Below are positions 27,630 through 27,820 of a DNA stretch of 27,820 nucleotides, piece by piece. The DNA is from a virus (taxonomy: Duplodnaviria > Caudoviricetes). The DNA lies in IMG/VR virus record IMGVR_UViG_3300025608_000075, positions 1 to 27,820 of that record; one strand, given 5' to 3'. Every line of letters begins with the position of its first letter. Positions within the stretch are counted from its first letter, which is position 1. The notes under the pieces are model-generated. The model was given only the letters and a program-made list of their open reading frames with translations, ran no database searches and had not been told where the DNA came from. Made by a program: the position numbers and the translations under genes.

Positions 27630-27820
27630 TAATACTCTAAATCATATTCTATAGATACAGCCATATTCTTATTAAACTTTTTCCAAGGTAAAACCTCGTT
27701 GTTTTTCTTAATGTAAATACTGTAAGATGTATCTTCTTCTTTAAATAAAATATAAGCTATTTCGTGACCACCGTAAACTTGCTGACCAACAGAGTAGTGC
27801 ATTGCGTCGTTTTTGTAGTC
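27629..27820 (-). CDS. Small hypothetical phage protein, 5'-truncated by window edge
   Basis: Hand-translated as DYKNDAMHYSVGQQVYGGHEIAYILFKEEDTSYSIYIKKNNEVLPWKKFNKNMAVSIEYDLEY*. Its TAA overlaps the ATG of the GroES-like gene. It is absent from the ORF track. Confidence 0.7.
   Translation of the reverse strand, partial: DYKNDAMHYSVGQQVYGGHEIAYILFKEEDTSYSIYIKKNNEVLPWKKFNKNMAVSIEYDLEY

Noticed and set aside
1174-27654. All plus-strand ORFs in the track (e.g. 2113..2526, 6841..7257, 26796..27194)
   Set aside because: They are antisense shadows of long minus-strand genes, with the Ser/Phe/Leu-rich composition expected from reverse-complemented Lys/Glu codons. Most have non-ATG starts and no motifs.
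1-27820. Stop-codon reassignment as in some crAss-like phages; CRISPR arrays, tRNAs, introns in terL
   Set aside because: Genes are full-length and densely packed under the standard code, and terL is uninterrupted. I recognised no repeat-spacer array or cloverleaf by eye.

Overview
This window is an AT-rich segment of a tailed dsDNA phage, most likely a podovirus-type Bacteroidota (Flavobacteria-like) phage with distantly crAss-like gene order. It holds the packaging and morphogenesis module, with all supported genes on the minus strand. In transcription order these are: a small conserved protein (partial), a tandem GroES-like co-chaperonin, a putative TerS, TerL, portal, scaffold, major capsid, a head-associated protein, two ring/adaptor proteins, two tail proteins, two putative ejection proteins, a 2582-aa polyvalent protein, two small basic proteins and a holin-like protein. 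The first notable signal is the 2582-aa protein. It strings together a zincin HExxH motif, a sigma-70 region-2-like segment, and a HAD phosphatase with a whole P-loop kinase inserted in it. The modules are separated by a recurring K-x-S-K-[KRT] motif, which suggests an injected, self-processed polyprotein. The second signal is hidden dual coding in locally GC-elevated patches. Two +1-frame ORFs lie inside terL (one lipoprotein-like), a 37-aa MPFK peptide lies inside the scaffold gene, and a candidate -1 frameshift/pseudoknot cassette sits near the start of the giant gene. All family assignments come from motif recognition and gene order; no database search was run.
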